Source: an uncultured Actinomycetota bacterium
GTDB taxonomy: Bacteria > Actinomycetota > Actinomycetes > Mycobacteriales > Nakamurellaceae
Assembly: GCA_963696065.1 (NCBI GenBank)
Contig: CAVOIF010000007.1
Span: 208,707-272,706 of the forward strand
Direction of reading: 5' to 3'
DNA: 64,000 nt
Both the position numbers and the translations under genes were made by a program. The notes beneath the pieces were generated by a model that did not search any database, was not told the origin of the DNA, and was given only the letters and a program-made list of their open reading frames with translations. Below are positions 61,491 to 64,000 of this stretch, in pieces (positions within the stretch are counted from its first letter, which is position 1; each line of letters begins with the position of its first letter).

Positions 61491-62621
61491 ATGAGCACGC
61501 CCTACGGCGGTCAGCCCGGAAACGACCAGGGCGGTCAGCCCGGAAACGGCCAGGACGGGCAGCAATGGTCCGGGCAGCAGCCCGACCCCGATCAGGATGA
61601 TTCCGGGGCGACGACCGTCTACCGCCCCGGCGACATGTTGCCGGACGCGTCGTCGAGCTCCCCGAGCCACGCGGCCACGGCCGACACCGGGCCGCAGTCG
61701 GTGGTACCCGGACCGCCGCCCCCGTCCGCCGGCTCGTCGTCGCCGGGGTCCTCGTCGTCGTCCGGCCAGGGCTATCAGGACTACTCCGCGCCGGGATCTG
61801 GTTCTTCCTACCCGCCGCCGACCACCGCCGAACCCTCGTACGGACAACAGGCGGCCGGCCAGCAGGGCTACGGCCAGCAGCCCTCCTACGGTCAGCAGTC
61901 CTACGACCCGTCGGCCTACGGCCAGCAGGGTTCGGGTCAGCAGGGGTATGGCCAGCAGTACCCGCAGCAGGGATACGGGCAGCCCGAGTACGGCCAGCAG
62001 GGTGGGCAGCAGCCCGACTACAGCCAGGGCGGGCAGCAGGGTTACGGCCAGCAGCCCGGCGGTCAGCAGCCGTACGGGCAGCCGTCCTACGGTCAGCAGG
62101 GCGACTACGGCCAGGGCGGGCAGCAGGCCTACGGCCAGCCCTACGGACAGCAGTCCGCCTACGGCCAACCGGCCTACGGCCAGCAGCCCAGTGCCTACGG
62201 CCAGCAGGCTGCGGGCTACGGCGCCGCCGGGGCTGCCTACGGCCAGTCCTCGGGCGGGTTCTCACCGTCCGGGACGGACCAGCAGCCGAAGAAGTCGAAC
62301 CAGGGCCTGATCATCGCGATCGTCGTGGTCGTCGTGCTGCTGGTGCTGGCGGCGGTCGCGCTGTTCGTCTGGCCGGGCTTCCTGAACAAGAAGGTGTTCG
62401 ACGAGCGGCAGGTGACCCAGGGCGTGGAGAGCGTGCTGACCGGCACCCCGCCCGCCGGCTACGGACTCAGCGGCGTCACCGATGTCTCCTGCCCCTCGGG
62501 TCAGGAAGTCAAGGCCGGCACCAGCTTCCAGTGCGACCTGAAGATCGACGGCGAAGCCACGAAGGTCACCGTCCTGGTCAAGGACGACAACGGCCTGTAC
62601 GAGGTCAACCCGCCCAGCTGA
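61491..62621 (+). CDS. Single-pass membrane protein: long Q/G/Y/P/S low-complexity N-terminus, TM helix, C-terminal DUF4333-like domain
   Basis: GGAGG RBS; TM '[23 protein letters not shown]'; '[23 protein letters not shown]'. Confidence 0.85.
   Translation: MSTPYGGQPGNDQGGQPGNGQDGQQWSGQQPDPDQDDSGATTVYRPGDMLPDASSSSPSHAATADTGPQSVVPGPPPPSAGSSSPGSSSSSGQGYQDYSAPGSGSSYPPPTTAEPSYGQQAAGQQGYGQQPSYGQQSYDPSAYGQQGSGQQGYGQQYPQQGYGQPEYGQQGGQQPDYSQGGQQGYGQQPGGQQPYGQPSYGQQGDYGQGGQQAYGQPYGQQSAYGQPAYGQQPSAYGQQAAGYGAAGAAYGQSSGGFSPSGTDQQPKKSNQGLIIAIVVVVVLLVLAAVALFVWPGFLNKKVFDERQVTQGVESVLTGTPPAGYGLSGVTDVSCPSGQEVKAGTSFQCDLKIDGEATKVTVLVKDDNGLYEVNPPS
61839..62249 (+). repeat. Coding low-complexity repeat encoding about 17 YGQ motifs
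   Basis: Repeated tacggccagcag-like units, counted by eye in the translation. Confidence 0.85.
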
Positions 62622-62648
62622 CCCCGCCGGATCGCACCTGTGGGCCGG

Positions 62649-63632
62649 CTACTCGCCGGCGATCGCCCGAACGAGCCGCGCCGTCGCGCCGCCGATGCCG
62701 TGCTCGCGGACCAGTTCGGACAGTCGCCCCGGGTCGACCGGCTCGCGGGGCAGCTCGTCGCTGTCCGGGGTGACGACCACGGGGGCGTCGGCGGCGACCG
62801 CGACCACCTTGGGCGCCACCAGGAGATAGTCCTTGGCCGCGGTGAGCTTGCTGCGCATCGACGCGGTGAGGCCGGTCGACCGGCCGTCCATCGCCTCCAG
62901 CAGCCCCTCGATCGACCCGAACCGGTTGATCAGGGTGGCCGCGGTCTTGTCGCCGACGCCGGGAACGCCGGGCAGTCCGTCCGAGGGATCGCCGCGCAGC
63001 GCGGCGAAGTCGGCATAACCGCCCGGCGGGATGCCGTACTTGGTGGCCACATCGGCGGCCCGATACACCGCCGCCTTGCTCATCCCCGCCCCGATGTACC
63101 GCACGCAGACGGTGGGGTCGTCGTCCCTGGCCACCTGGAACAGGTCCCGGTCGCCGGTGACCACCTCTATCGGGTCGAGCCGTTCGGTCGCGGTCAGGGT
63201 GCCGATCACGTCGTCGGCCTCGAAGCCTTCGGCACCGGCGGTGGCGATGCCGATCGCGGCCAGCACGTCGAGCAGGATCGGCACCTGCGGTGACAGCTCG
63301 TCCGGCACCACCTCGATGTCCGCCGAAGCACCGGGAGTGCCGCTGTGCGGGGTGCCGGCGAGTTCGACAACTGTTGCCGCAGCAGCGGATTGCGGCTCAA
63401 GCACCCGATGGGTCTTGTACGAGGGGATCAGCTCGACCCGCCAGGCCGGCCGCCAGTCCAGGTCGAGGCAGGCGATCGCCCTGGTCGGCCGGGCGTCGGT
63501 GATCACCCTGGCCAGGATGTCGAGTGATCCCCGAACCGCGTTCACCGGACGGCCGTCCGGTGAGGTGGTCGAGGTCGGAACCGCGAAGAACGCCCGGAAG
63601 TAGATACCCGCGAGGTCGAACAACTGAAGCAT
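62649..63632 (-). CDS. 5'-3' exonuclease / flap endonuclease (PolA N-terminal-like, stand-alone)
   Basis: 'FDLAGIYFRAFF', 'VNAVRG', 'YKTHR', 'EADDVIG', 'TGDRDL', H3TH 'GDPSDGLPGVPGVGDKTA'. Confidence 0.92.
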   Translation of the reverse strand: MLQLFDLAGIYFRAFFAVPTSTTSPDGRPVNAVRGSLDILARVITDARPTRAIACLDLDWRPAWRVELIPSYKTHRVLEPQSAAAATVVELAGTPHSGTPGASADIEVVPDELSPQVPILLDVLAAIGIATAGAEGFEADDVIGTLTATERLDPIEVVTGDRDLFQVARDDDPTVCVRYIGAGMSKAAVYRAADVATKYGIPPGGYADFAALRGDPSDGLPGVPGVGDKTAATLINRFGSIEGLLEAMDGRSTGLTASMRSKLTAAKDYLLVAPKVVAVAADAPVVVTPDSDELPREPVDPGRLSELVREHGIGGATARLVRAIAGE

Positions 63633-63725
63633 GGACACGGACGCTACCCCGGCGCCCGGATCGGCGGCGCCCGCACCGGCCCGCGTCAACGGGCGGCCGG
63701 GTCGGCGGGCACTAGGCTCCCGTCC

Positions 63726-64000
63726 ATGGCACTGCATGCTCCCGGCGCCGCCGCCGAAGACACGGTTCCCGCCTTTGCCGATCGGCTCGGCCGGTTGGCC
63801 GAGCAGGCCGGGGTGTCGGGCGCGGACGTCATTCTGATCACCCCCGGACCGGACCTGGAGTACTTCATCGGTCACTCGGTCGGCTCCCACGAGCGGCTCA
63901 CCTGCCTGGTGGTGCCGGCCGGCGGCGAGCCGTCCCTCCTCGTTCCGACTCTGGAACGACCGGGCTGGGCCGGCACCCCGGCGGAGGACCTGGGCATCGC
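63726..64000 (+). CDS. M24 family (Xaa-Pro) aminopeptidase, 3'-truncated by window edge
   Basis: Manual translation from ATG 63726 gives '...DVILITPGPDLEYFIG...HERLTCLVVPAGGEPSLLVPTLE', a creatinase-like N-domain. Confidence 0.8.
   Translation, partial: MALHAPGAAAEDTVPAFADRLGRLAEQAGVSGADVILITPGPDLEYFIGHSVGSHERLTCLVVPAGGEPSLLVPTLERPGWAGTPAEDLGI

Overview
High-GC actinobacterial chromosomal segment (about 55 CDS; no rRNA, tRNA, CRISPR array or transposase recognised; no tools were used, so all family calls come from motif recognition). The backbone is the conserved uvrA ... hisE-hisG-RecB-like nuclease-trmI-arc-dop-pup-prcB-prcA ... pafA-pafB-pafC-(tat)-helY region, i.e. the Pup-proteasome and PafBC DNA-damage locus. 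It also holds a DyP peroxidase-encapsulin pair, transporters and regulators. Main highlights: (1) An accessory block between prcA and pafA encodes an ECF sigma factor, a translationally coupled soluble partner, two signal-peptide-less subtilases and two paralogous TPR-CHAT (caspase-like) proteases. This looks like a CRISPR-independent intracellular protease-to-sigma-factor cascade. (2) Four exact matches to the PafBC-dependent RecA-NDp promoter sit upstream of uvrA, the RecB-like nuclease, arc and pup-prcBA. (3) A GntR-TetR double-HTH regulator faces an intergenic region with two distinct operator classes. (4) An ABC permease carries an inserted lectin-like domain. (5) tatA is missing from its usual position and a K+ channel gene sits there instead. 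(6) A membrane protein has a YGQ-repeat prion-like tail. The stretch at about 34.93-37.7 kb is riddled with single-base indels (sequencing error or decay), which break the second subtilase and the first CHAT gene.
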